Positions 26,442 through 35,459 of a stretch of 64,000 nucleotides of DNA are shown piece by piece (the first letter of the stretch is position 1; each line of letters begins with the position of its first letter). Position numbers and translations under genes: made by a program. A model generated the notes under the pieces. That model worked only from the letters and a program-made list of their open reading frames with translations, was not told the origin of the DNA and did not search any database. Source of the stretch: Candidatus Aldehydirespirator sp. (GTDB taxonomy: Bacteria > Actinomycetota > Acidimicrobiia > Acidimicrobiales > Aldehydirespiratoraceae); contig OZ252146.1 of assembly GCA_965248735.1 (NCBI GenBank), forward strand, positions 1,764,154 through 1,828,153, given 5' to 3'.

Positions 26442-29400
26442 TCAGCCCGCGGCGGCGGCGATGAGGTCTCGGGCCCGGTGCAGGAAGGCGGCCATCTGGC
26501 CTCGGGTGACGAAGCGGTGGGGGCAGTAGCTGTCGGGGCGGCAGCCTTGGGTGATCTGGGCCTGCGCGAGGCGGTTGATGTCGTCTTGGAATTGTGAGTC
26601 GTTGTCGTCGCCGAAGCGGTCGTCGTCTGCGGGGGGCAGTTGCAGCGCCCGGTTGAGGAAGGCGGCCATCTGGCCTCGGGTGACGTTGCGGTGGGGGCAG
26701 TAGCTGTCGGGGCGGCAGCCTTGGGTGATCTGGGCCTGCGCGAGGCGGTTGATGTCGTCTTGGAATTGTGAGTCGTTGTCGTCGCCGAAGCGGTCGTCGT
26801 CTGCGGGGGGCAGTTGCAGCGCCCGGTTGAGGAAGGCGGCCATCTGGCCTCGGGTGACGTTGCGGTGGGGGCAGTAGCTGTCGGGGCGGCAGCCTCTGGT
26901 GATTCCCTGCTCGGCCAGCCAGAGGATGTCGTCGATGAAGATGCTGCCGGTGATGTCGCCGAACACTCTGACCTCGACGGAGGCGGTGACTGTCTCGTCG
27001 TCGCGGTCGCCTTCGCCCTCGCCGTCGGCGGCGGTGGCGGTCACGGTCACGGTGTAGGTGCCGCCGGTGGGCGGAGTGAAGCTGAACTGCTCGCCGTCGG
27101 CCGTGGCCGCGAACCCGTCGGGGCCGGATGCGCTCCAACTGAGGGTGTGGGCGGCATCGTCGCCGGTGACCGCGGCCGTGAACACGAAGCGCCTCTCGGC
27201 TGCGCCGAAGCCAGGACCGTCGATCTCCACGGCAGCAGCCGCCTCAGGCGCCCCGCCGCCCCCGCCGCCCCCGCCGCCACCGCCGCCGCCTGGCAGCGAG
27301 GGCTGCGTCCGCCGCGGAGCTGTGCCGGCCGTGGTGAAACTGGCGGTCTTGGTCTCGCCGGGGGGGAAGCTGTTGTCATATGACGTCTGGACCTGGTAGC
27401 GGGTGCCGGCGATCAGGCCCTGAAGCTGGAATGATGGGTTGGGGTCGCCGTCGCGTACCGGTCGCCCCTCCTCTTGGGTCCAGTCTTCGGTGCCCGTGCG
27501 GTAGCGCAAGAACACCTGGGCGCCGTTGGGGGCCTGCACCGTGACTGTGACCGTGGTCCCGCTCTCGGTGATGGATCCGTCGTCCACGGCGACCTCGGTC
27601 ACGGCCGGGCCCAGCGTCCGCAGCTCGCTGCTCTGCACGCCGGATGTGAAGTCCGGCGAGATCGTGGCCTCCAGGTCATAGACCGTGTCCGAGACCAGCC
27701 CGGTCAGGTCGAATGTCACGACGGAACCGCCCGCGGTGGTGGTGAGCGTGGGTGGGTCGGGGGTTTGCCACACCCCTGCGTCCCTCACTTGGTAGCGCAG
27801 GCGCGCGGTGTGGGTCTGCCCCGCATCGACGTTCGCGATCAAGACCAGCGCCCGCGCTCCGGTCTGGGTCACGTTGATCGGATTGACGCGCGCGACGATC
27901 GGGTTCTCGCCGAGCGTGGTGAACTGCACCTCCACGGTCCTGTCGATGGGGAACGAGTCGTCCAGCGAGGCCTGAAGCGTCACCTCCTTGTCCGCTTCGA
28001 CGCTGTTGATCTCGTTCCGCGCGGGGCTGAACGTCACCTCAAGGCCCGACGTCGACTTCTCGTCTTGATAGAACCAGGGCCTGATGATCCTGCTGGACTC
28101 GGTTTCATAGCGCAGGTAGACCGTTTGCTCGCTCAAGCTGGGGTTGGCAATCGTGACCGTGACGTTGGCCGAGAACTCCGTCGGGCTGGTGTCGACCCTG
28201 GTGACTTCGTGAACGTCGTTCGCAGAGATCGTCACCGTCTCGGAGAGGGCGCCCAGTGTTACCTGGCTGTCCGTCGGATTCGGATCGGTATCGGCCACCG
28301 GCGCCATCGTGACAGTGAACGTCTCGTCGGGCTCCTCCTCGTTGTCATGGGCAATCGGGATCGACACCGTCTGGGTCGCCTCGTAGGCCGTGTTCCCGCC
28401 AACGGGGACCGGCTGGAAGTCAATCAGGTCGAAGCTGAGCAGGACCCCAGCCAGGGCCGTGTAGTCCGATCCAGCCACCGCCCCGTTCGAGTCGTCGGCG
28501 GTGCTGACCTGTATCTGGCCTGCGCCCTCGCGCGGCGGCTCGTCGCGGCGCGTCCTGATCTTGACCTGCACCGACGTCTCTCGGGTTCCCGTCGACACGC
28601 CCTCCAGCGTCGCCGGCGGCTCGTCGACCGGATTGGGGGTCACCGTCAGCTCGGCGTCGGCCTCGGGGAAGTCGTCGTCATTCACCGTCAACGCCGCCGC
28701 CGCGGAGGATTCGCTGACGGTGTAGTCGCTTCTGACAAGGATCGTCGCGGTGACCTCGGTGTGAGGCTCCCATGTGTCGTCATCAACCGTGTCCACTGTG
28801 AGCGTGGCCGAGGTGTCGCCCATCGGCACCGTCACGGTCGTGGTACCGGAGTTGGCGCCGTCCAGCACCGTCTCACCGTCGGCGGGCTCGGTGACTTCGA
28901 CATCGACCGGTCGCCCGCTGGTCGCCTCAGCCGGCCCGTCGAGCGACACCGTGAAGACGATGTCGTCGCCCTCGGGCTCTTCGGTGCCGGCCACGCTGAT
29001 GCTCGCGACCGGGTGCTGGCGCGTGATCGCCAGCGTGTACGTCAGCGTCGTCATCTCGTCCTGGGCGGTGACCTCGATCTTGACGATCACCTCCACGCCG
29101 ACCGACGGCAGGTCGACCTGGAAGCCGGCCAGCGTTGATGCGTCCGCAAGTGTTGTCGTCCCGTCGCTTTGCAGCCAGACGAACGAGGCCGCGGTGTCCT
29201 TGGTCGCCGGCGTGATCGTGATCTGGCGATCAGGGAAGCCGACCGTCGCGTCATAGTCGGTGGTGGTGCTGACGAAGCCCGTGCCCGCCAACTCGCCCGC
29301 GCTCAGCCCGATGTTCCTCAGGCCGGCGTCGTCGCTCAGGTCGCTGCGAGTGAACTCGACGGTCCGGCTCGCCGTGCCCAGATCGATGTTCCCGTCAGTG

Positions 29401-32400
29401 GGCGCCGGGCCCGTGTCCACCTTCGCCATCAAGACCGTGAAGTGCTCCTCGAACTCGTCCACGAGCTCATCGGTGGTCGTGATCGTGATGTCCTTGCTCG
29501 CACGCCAGCGCATCACGCCGCCGCCGATGTCTTCCTCTGCGAAATCGCCCAGCACGAAGTTCAACGCACCCGCCGCGCCGGCAATAGCGCTGTAGTCCGA
29601 CCCGCCCGTCGCCTCGCCCTTCTTGCAGGTGTCGGGGCAATCGCCGTCGGGATCGGGCCCGTCCATCGTGGTGACCTGGAGCGTGCCGCCGCCCTCATGG
29701 GGCTCCTCGTCGGCCCGCTCTGCCGTCACGGTCACCGTCACCGTCAGCGGGTTGCCCTCATCGACCTCCGACAGCATCTTCACGAGCTGATAGTTCGACA
29801 CCGACAGCTCGGCCGTGGCATCGGGAAAGTCGTCGTCGAGCACCTGCTTCGAGACCGTCGCGGCGCCCGAGATATCGTAGCTGGTCGTGTCGGCGAGGAG
29901 TTCCACGCTCACTGACGCGTGGGCGTCCCAGTCGTCGTCGACGACCGTCGGCACCGACACGTCAACAGAATCGGTGCCCGCCGCGATGACGAAGTCCTTC
30001 CGGCCCGTCTCCAGCGAGTCCACCACCGTGCTCGGATCGGTGATTTCGACGCTGAACGCCGTCTCGTCGGAGGTTGAGCCGTTGCGGGTCACCGTGGCGA
30101 CCACCGGTGTGCCCTCGGGCAGGCTCGGCGGGGTGGCGGGCACGCTGATGGTGAGCTCCGGCAGCTGCCGCGTGATGCTGACGGTGTAGGTGCGCTCCGT
30201 GATCTCGTCCTCGGCCGTCACCAGGATCTTGACCGTGAGCGGCGTGTTCAGCTCCAGATCCACCTGCGCGCCAGGCACGCCCGAGTCGGTGTCCAACGGA
30301 TTGCCGTTGATGTCCTGCACTTGCGCTGTCGCGAAATCAGCTTGCGTCGGCGTCACCGTGACCTGCGGATGGCCGAACGGCACCTGCGCGTCGTAGTTCA
30401 GGGTCCCCGCCGCGAACTCCTGCACGAGACCGCCCGCGCTCAAGCTCAGAGCGGTCAACGAAGCGTCGCTCGAGCGGTCGCTCTGAACGATCGTGACAAT
30501 GTAGTCCGAAGGGTCGGACGGCGGCACCACCTCGATGTTGGCGTGCGTCTGCTGCCCCGCGAGCGTCGACCGTTGGAACACGAAGGCGAACCACTCGTCG
30601 GGCTCCTTGACCGTGTCGTTGACGATCTTGACCTGGCGGGTCCGGCTGAACCGGTAGCGCCAGTCCCGATCGTTCTCGTCGTTGTTGATGTCGACTCTGG
30701 TGAACGAGGCCGCGGGGAACGTCAGGTAGTTGCTGCCGGGCGCGGTGATGTCGCTCGCCGACGCAGTACCGCTAGTAGCCACCGAGAGGCTGATTGAGCC
30801 ACCGTCTGCGTGCGGTTCCTCGTCGCCGTCGGTCGTGACCGTGATCGTCGCGGTGACGGTGTCGCCCGCATTCGGCCCTTCCGTGTCATTCTCCAAGGCC
30901 GTGTTGATGTCGACCGAGTACGTCGCCTCCGCCATCGGGAAGTCATCGTCGAGCACCATCGAGCTCGCCGAACCGGCCGTCGCCGAGACCGTGTGGCCGG
31001 CGTCCGCCTGCACGACAGCCTCGACGGCGGTGTGGGGCTCCCAGCCGTCGTCGGGCTGCGTCGCCACCGTATAGCTGACACTCAGTTGATTGGCCCCGAT
31101 GGTGAGGTCTTGGAGCCCTTCGTCGGCCTCGGCCACCTTGCCGCCGTCGTCGCCTTCGCTGTCCTCATCGACAATGTTCAGGGTGAGGTCGGTCGCCGCC
31201 GCCGAGCGGGCATTGCGACTTACCGTGAAGACCACGTTGGAGCCTTCGGTCACCGACGCGCGTGCCGCGCTCACGCTCAACTCCGGCGGGCCGATCGACA
31301 CGGTCACGGTGTGCGTCTCGGCCGTCACGCCGTCGTCGGCCGTCACCACGATCTTGAACGTGGTGTCGTCGGTGCCCAAGTTGACCTGGTGCCCAGCCGC
31401 AGACGAGGCGTCCGCCAGCGGCATGTCGCCGCTGTCGAGCCAGGCGACGCTCGCATTGGTGTCGGCGTTGGTGTCTGCCAGCGTCGGCGTCACCGTGATC
31501 TGCGAGACGCCGAACGGCACCGTCGCGCTGTACGTGCTGTCGAGGCCGGCCGAGAACGTCCCGCTCAGCGTGCCGCTGCTCCAGCCCACCGACGCGAGGT
31601 CGGTGTTGTCGCTGAGGTTGCTGGCCTCGATCGTGACCGTGCGCGACGTCGTACCGGACAGGCTGATATTGGTGTCGGTTCGACTGTCTTCGGGGCCGGT
31701 CGTCACCGTCGACATCGAAATGGTGAACGTCTCGTCGGGTTCTCTGTTGGAATCGTCGACGATGGTGACGGTGAACGAATCGGTTGCCCGGTAGCGGAAC
31801 GTCTCGGCGTTGGGATCGGGGTCGATGTCGCTCCGGACGAAATCCATGTCCGCAGGGTCGAACGAGACCGCTGCTGCCAGGGTGCTGTGATCCGCGGCGC
31901 TGGCCGTGCCGTAGGCGGTGTCGAGTTGGAGATCGCCGGTCGCTTTGTGAGGTTCTTGGACGGCTCTCGTCGTCACGGTCACGGTCACCGTCACCGTCTC
32001 GCCCTCGGCGACCTTGTCGGGCGCGGAGGGATTAACCGCGAGCGTGGCGTCAGCCCGGGGAAAATCGTCATCCTCGATCGTCTCCGTAGCGCTGGCCTGG
32101 TCCGAACCGATCTGGTAGTTGGGGCTGGGCAGGATCGCGGCAGTGACTTCCGAGTGCGGCTCCCAGACATCGTCGTCAGCGATCATCACTACCAGGCGTT
32201 CGCTTGGATCTCCGGCGCCAATGGTGACCTCATGGGTCCCTATCTGCCCGCTGGCCAGCAGTGTCCCGCTGTCGGTCACCTCGGTGACGCTGACGAGGAC
32301 CACCAGATCCTCGGGCAGGACAGTCTCGATGGTCACTGGGAACGACGCGATTTCCGAATATTCGTAGAACGCGGAACCGCCGCTCGTGCTCTGGATCCGC

Positions 32401-34412
32401 ACCACCGGCAAAGCGCGCGTGACGACCACGTCATACGTCGTGGTGGCCACCTTGTCCTCTGCAGTCACCCCCACCTTGATGGTGTTGCTCCCTGGCGCCA
32501 AGTCGACCTGGAAGCCGTCCTCGGCGTCGTCGGCGTCGGTGAGCTCCGCGTTGCTCTCGTCGAGGATCCTGATCGAGGCGTACGGGTGGGTCGTCGTCGC
32601 GGCGATCGTGGTGCGAGATGTTCCCGAACCGGTTGTGCCCGTGTACGAGGTCAGGCCGGATGAGAACGTCTCTGCCAGTGTCACGTCACTCAGCGAGAGC
32701 CCGCTCAGCGTGGCGTCCGTTCCGACGGCGCCGACGGTCGAACCGGTTGCCGTGGCGGTCCAGGTGCCGAAGTAGGGGCCGTTGACGGCGCGTACCTGCA
32801 CCTGATACGCATTCTGGTTGGGCAATCCTGTGATGGGCTCGGTCACGGCGCTGCTGTCGCTGCGGTCGAGTTCGGTCCACTCCGTGGCCGTGGAGAGCCG
32901 GTAGTGGACGTCATAGCCGGTCGGCGCGACACCGGTGGCGGTGGCCGGGGCGGTCCAAGACACGGCAAGCTGGTGGTCGCCACCAGTGACCATTACGCCC
33001 GTGGGCTGTGCCGGCACGAGCGCCGACTCAACTTCCGCACCGAAAAGGGCGATATTTCCGGCGCGGCCTGACTCGGAAGTCCAAGGGGCCGAGTTGAGTG
33101 AGGTATGGTAGGAGTTGGTGATTGTCCATCCTGCTGCGCTGCCGCTGTCCTGCCCAGTGCCAACTTGATCCCAGCTGAAGCCGCTGCTGGATGGGGCGAG
33201 CACATCAGGCGACAGGACGAGCACGTATGCGGTCGACGGCTCGAGAATGGCATCGTCCGGCGCGCTGAGGACGTACGCCTCAGCAGTGGAGTCGAATCCG
33301 GAGGCGGGGCCGGTCAAGTCGTACACCGCTGGGCCGGGCGTGCCGTCGGCATTCGCTCGGTAAATCCTGCCGACGGCGGTGTCTCCAGGCTCAGCGCCGG
33401 ACACGTCGAGCCACACTTTGTCCAGCACGTAACCGGCTGCATGGGACCCGGTGGTGAAGCCCTGGGCACCCTCAATCAGCTCCGATGTGCTCGAAAAGAT
33501 CGATCCGGCCGTACCGCGAGAAGTTTGATCCCAGTTCTTGACCAGGATTCCGTCTGGACGCGCCTCGGTGGTCAGCCCTGTGAATGCCACCGTGCGGTTG
33601 CCGTCGGCACCGGTCACGGGCCCCTGGTCGGCGTCGGTGTAGATAATGCTGGCCGACGCGGCCACAGGCACGCGCGAGTCCACCACGAGCGTGACCGAGG
33701 TGTCATCGCCCGCGGTGTGGAACACGCTCGACGGCGCAACCGCCGTCTCCAGGTCGACGCTGACCATGAACCGCTCCTCCGCCGGCGTCACCGACGTGTC
33801 GAGCCGCTCGCTGTAGGCCACGACGATCGTTTGACCGTCGTCGGACAGCGTGGCCGAGAGGGCCAAGGCCGGTCCCTCGGCCCGCGTGTAATCGCTGAAC
33901 TGCTGCGTGTCGCCTTCGAGGTTGTAGGCCGCGACTTCGGCCTCATAGGCCGTGAATGCGTTCAGGCCGTCGACTTCGTAGCCAGTCGCATCGGGATTTT
34001 CTATGGTCTCGGCGGTCCAGAGTGAGGTGCCCTGCTCGCGATATTGGACCCTATAGCCGACCAACGCCGGGTCCGACGTCACCGCTGTCCAGGTCAGCGT
34101 GAGCCTACCGGTATTGCCAATATTGGGAATGGGAACGAACGTGACGTCCGTGGGCGCGCCTGGAACGGCGGCCGCAGCGGGCAACGCGGTCAAGGCGAGT
34201 ACGGCCGCCAAGGCCGCGACGGCGCCTAGCAGGGCGGCGCGGCGAAGGCCGATCACCACATCAACGGAGCGGGCGAACATTCCCCCCCTTACGTTGTTGA
34301 GCAGCTCTGGCGTGGCAGTCCGTGCGCGGGATGCAACCGCGCTCACATTGCGCCGCGGCTGGGGCTGCTCATCATTCTGTGGATGTTCGCGATTCGAGTT
34401 CTGACCCCTCAT
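26442..34412 (-). CDS. Giant cell-surface protein, 2,656 aa: signal/TM anchor, FN3 domains, four [cadherin-like beta-sandwich + two Calx-beta-like] modules, FN3-like domains, poly-Gly linker, PKD-like domain, three C-terminal SLH repeats
   Basis: Single uninterrupted ORF. RBS AGGAGGGGGG upstream of the ATG at 34412. FN3 (LTLTWTAV..GYRVQYRE). Cadherin-like modules (DATLSGLSLS...TYDVVVTR and three more). Calx-beta hallmarks (TVTIVDDSNREPDETFTI, SIPIAHDNEEEPDETFTV). 13 x Gly. Three SLH units (VTRGQMAAFLNRAL). Confidence 0.9.
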   Translation of the reverse strand: MRGQNSNREHPQNDEQPQPRRNVSAVASRARTATPELLNNVRGGMFARSVDVVIGLRRAALLGAVAALAAVLALTALPAAAAVPGAPTDVTFVPIPNIGNTGRLTLTWTAVTSDPALVGYRVQYREQGTSLWTAETIENPDATGYEVDGLNAFTAYEAEVAAYNLEGDTQQFSDYTRAEGPALALSATLSDDGQTIVVAYSERLDTSVTPAEERFMVSVDLETAVAPSSVFHTAGDDTSVTLVVDSRVPVAASASIIYTDADQGPVTGADGNRTVAFTGLTTEARPDGILVKNWDQTSRGTAGSIFSSTSELIEGAQGFTTGSHAAGYVLDKVWLDVSGAEPGDTAVGRIYRANADGTPGPAVYDLTGPASGFDSTAEAYVLSAPDDAILEPSTAYVLVLSPDVLAPSSSGFSWDQVGTGQDSGSAAGWTITNSYHTSLNSAPWTSESGRAGNIALFGAEVESALVPAQPTGVMVTGGDHQLAVSWTAPATATGVAPTGYDVHYRLSTATEWTELDRSDSSAVTEPITGLPNQNAYQVQVRAVNGPYFGTWTATATGSTVGAVGTDATLSGLSLSDVTLAETFSSGLTSYTGTTGSGTSRTTIAATTTHPYASIRILDESNAELTDADDAEDGFQVDLAPGSNTIKVGVTAEDKVATTTYDVVVTRALPVVRIQSTSGGSAFYEYSEIASFPVTIETVLPEDLVVLVSVTEVTDSGTLLASGQIGTHEVTIGAGDPSERLVVMIADDDVWEPHSEVTAAILPSPNYQIGSDQASATETIEDDDFPRADATLAVNPSAPDKVAEGETVTVTVTVTTRAVQEPHKATGDLQLDTAYGTASAADHSTLAAAVSFDPADMDFVRSDIDPDPNAETFRYRATDSFTVTIVDDSNREPDETFTISMSTVTTGPEDSRTDTNISLSGTTSRTVTIEASNLSDNTDLASVGWSSGTLSGTFSAGLDSTYSATVPFGVSQITVTPTLADTNADTNASVAWLDSGDMPLADASSAAGHQVNLGTDDTTFKIVVTADDGVTAETHTVTVSIGPPELSVSAARASVTEGSNVVFTVSRNARSAAATDLTLNIVDEDSEGDDGGKVAEADEGLQDLTIGANQLSVSYTVATQPDDGWEPHTAVEAVVQADAGHTVSATAGSASSMVLDDDFPMAEATYSVDINTALENDTEGPNAGDTVTATITVTTDGDEEPHADGGSISLSVATSGTASASDITAPGSNYLTFPAASFTRVDINNDENDRDWRYRFSRTRQVKIVNDTVKEPDEWFAFVFQRSTLAGQQTHANIEVVPPSDPSDYIVTIVQSDRSSDASLTALSLSAGGLVQEFAAGTLNYDAQVPFGHPQVTVTPTQADFATAQVQDINGNPLDTDSGVPGAQVDLELNTPLTVKILVTAEDEITERTYTVSITRQLPELTISVPATPPSLPEGTPVVATVTRNGSTSDETAFSVEITDPSTVVDSLETGRKDFVIAAGTDSVDVSVPTVVDDDWDAHASVSVELLADTTSYDISGAATVSKQVLDDDFPDATAELSVSNYQLVKMLSEVDEGNPLTVTVTVTAERADEEPHEGGGTLQVTTMDGPDPDGDCPDTCKKGEATGGSDYSAIAGAAGALNFVLGDFAEEDIGGGVMRWRASKDITITTTDELVDEFEEHFTVLMAKVDTGPAPTDGNIDLGTASRTVEFTRSDLSDDAGLRNIGLSAGELAGTGFVSTTTDYDATVGFPDRQITITPATKDTAASFVWLQSDGTTTLADASTLAGFQVDLPSVGVEVIVKIEVTAQDEMTTLTYTLAITRQHPVASISVAGTEEPEGDDIVFTVSLDGPAEATSGRPVDVEVTEPADGETVLDGANSGTTTVTVPMGDTSATLTVDTVDDDTWEPHTEVTATILVRSDYTVSESSAAAALTVNDDDFPEADAELTVTPNPVDEPPATLEGVSTGTRETSVQVKIRTRRDEPPREGAGQIQVSTADDSNGAVAGSDYTALAGVLLSFDLIDFQPVPVGGNTAYEATQTVSIPIAHDNEEEPDETFTVTMAPVADTDPNPTDSQVTLGALSETVTISANDVHEVTRVDTSPTEFSANVTVTIANPSLSEQTVYLRYETESSRIIRPWFYQDEKSTSGLEVTFSPARNEINSVEADKEVTLQASLDDSFPIDRTVEVQFTTLGENPIVARVNPINVTQTGARALVLIANVDAGQTHTARLRYQVRDAGVWQTPDPPTLTTTAGGSVVTFDLTGLVSDTVYDLEATISPDFTSGVQSSELRTLGPAVTEVAVDDGSITESGTTVTVTVQAPNGAQVFLRYRTGTEDWTQEEGRPVRDGDPNPSFQLQGLIAGTRYQVQTSYDNSFPPGETKTASFTTAGTAPRRTQPSLPGGGGGGGGGGGGGAPEAAAAVEIDGPGFGAAERRFVFTAAVTGDDAAHTLSWSASGPDGFAATADGEQFSFTPPTGGTYTVTVTATAADGEGEGDRDDETVTASVEVRVFGDITGSIFIDDILWLAEQGITRGCRPDSYCPHRNVTRGQMAAFLNRALQLPPADDDRFGDDNDSQFQDDINRLAQAQITQGCRPDSYCPHRNVTRGQMAAFLNRALQLPPADDDRFGDDNDSQFQDDINRLAQAQITQGCRPDSYCPHRFVTRGQMAAFLHRARDLIAAAAG
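26445..26963 (-). repeat. Three tandem 174-bp (58-aa) SLH-domain repeats at the 3' end of the giant gene
   Basis: FGDDNDSQFQDDINRLAQAQITQGCRPDSYCPHRNVTRGQMAAFLNRALQLPPADDDR repeated. Units 2 and 3 (gene order) look near-identical at DNA level by eye. Confidence 0.9.
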
Positions 34413-34527
34413 CTGAATCCCCCCTCCTAGCTGTCGTTGAATTGATGGCCGCCGATCTCGGGCAGCGGTCTGCCGAGGTCAGCGCCTCTTGCGTCCGTGT
34501 GTCCCGTTTCGGCGACTCGCACGCATG

Positions 34528-34788
34528 TCGGTTCGTTGTTGGTTGGCGTGAGGTTGTGTGCACGTGGTCCGGCTCAGCCCGCGGCGGCGATGAGGTCTCG
34601 GGCCCGGTGCAGGAAGCTCCTCGCACGGTTGCGCCGCCGTCGGCGGCGGTTCCGACAACCGTCTGGGCCAGTGCGTGGGGGACGCCCACGCACTGGGGTG
34701 CGCCTGCGACGATGGAGACCGCGAGGAAGCGATCAGGGCTGCCGGGGTGAGAATGGACACAAATGCTTATATATGTCAGGTCATCCAT
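34528..34788 (-). pseudogene. Remnant of another SLH-protein paralogue (possible 5' leader fused to the last ~13 codons and the 3' UTR)
   Basis: 34528-34615 matches 26395-26490 (3' UTR plus ...FLHRARDLIAAAG stop). Upstream sequence up to the ATG at 34788 encodes a signal-peptide-like stretch (RFLAVSIVAGAP). There is no intact ORF in one frame. Confidence 0.55.
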
Positions 34789-34885
34789 AAGATAGAATCA
34801 TAAGCTTACAAGCAAACATCTGCTGCATCAGCGTTGACGTAAGCCATCGCAGCGACATGCCGTAGAGCAGGGCTGTACGGCCCCA

Positions 34886-35247
34886 CCGGCTCGACCGCCC
34901 TCTACGAGCTGACCCTGGACCCGGACTGGCAGCGGGGGAGGGGCGCGCTGGCCACGGCCACGCTGCGCTACGAACGCCCGGCCAGCGAGCGGATCACCGA
35001 GACCTGGTCCAGCCTGCACGCCGACGACATTGAGAGCTCGTTCCGCGACGCCGGCGCCCACTTCCGGCTGGCGGTGGTGGCCGCCGAGTTCGCCGAGGTG
35101 CTGCGGGACAGCCCCTTCGTGGAGGACCGCAGCATGGAGGAGCTCAGCTACCAGGCCGACCGGGTGTCCGACGACCTGCGCCGCGACGACGACGCCGAGG
35201 AGCTGGCCGGTCTGATCGACACCGCCAGGCGCATCCGCCGCCGCTAG
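34886..35247 (+). pseudogene. 3' fragment (about 120 codons, DUF3520-like region) duplicating the end of the vWA gene
   Basis: Encodes ...STALYELTLDPDWQRGRGALATATLRYERPASERITETWSSLHADDIESSFRDAGAHFRLAVVAAEFAEVLRDSPFVEDRSMEELSYQADRVSDDLRRDDDAEELAGLIDTARRIRRR-stop, colinear with 25328-25690. No start codon or 5' part. The downstream hairpin is also duplicated (35302-35350), with an extra 36-bp direct repeat at 35320-35355 and 35392-35427. Confidence 0.85.
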
Positions 35248-35459
35248 CGGCGACCAGGGCTCCTCCAACTCCCTGTGACTCACCCCTGGAGGGGCCCTTG
35301 CGGAGCTCGGCGGCCCGGTCTGGAGGGGACTGGGCCGCCGAGCCTTTCCCGCGCCGGGACCGTCGAATGGGATCCCGGCACCGCCGACCAGCTGGAGGGG
35401 ACTGGGCCGCCGAGCCTTTCCCGCGCCCGTGCGGCGTAGGCAGTCCTCGGCGGCCGGGC

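Noticed and set aside
27252-27290. The 13-codon Gly tract (GGC/GGG/GGT mix) in the giant gene as a slipped-strand phase-variation switch.
   Set aside because: The tract is an imperfect triplet repeat, so slippage would stay in frame and only change linker length. It is not a homopolymer or a non-triplet repeat that could switch the gene off.
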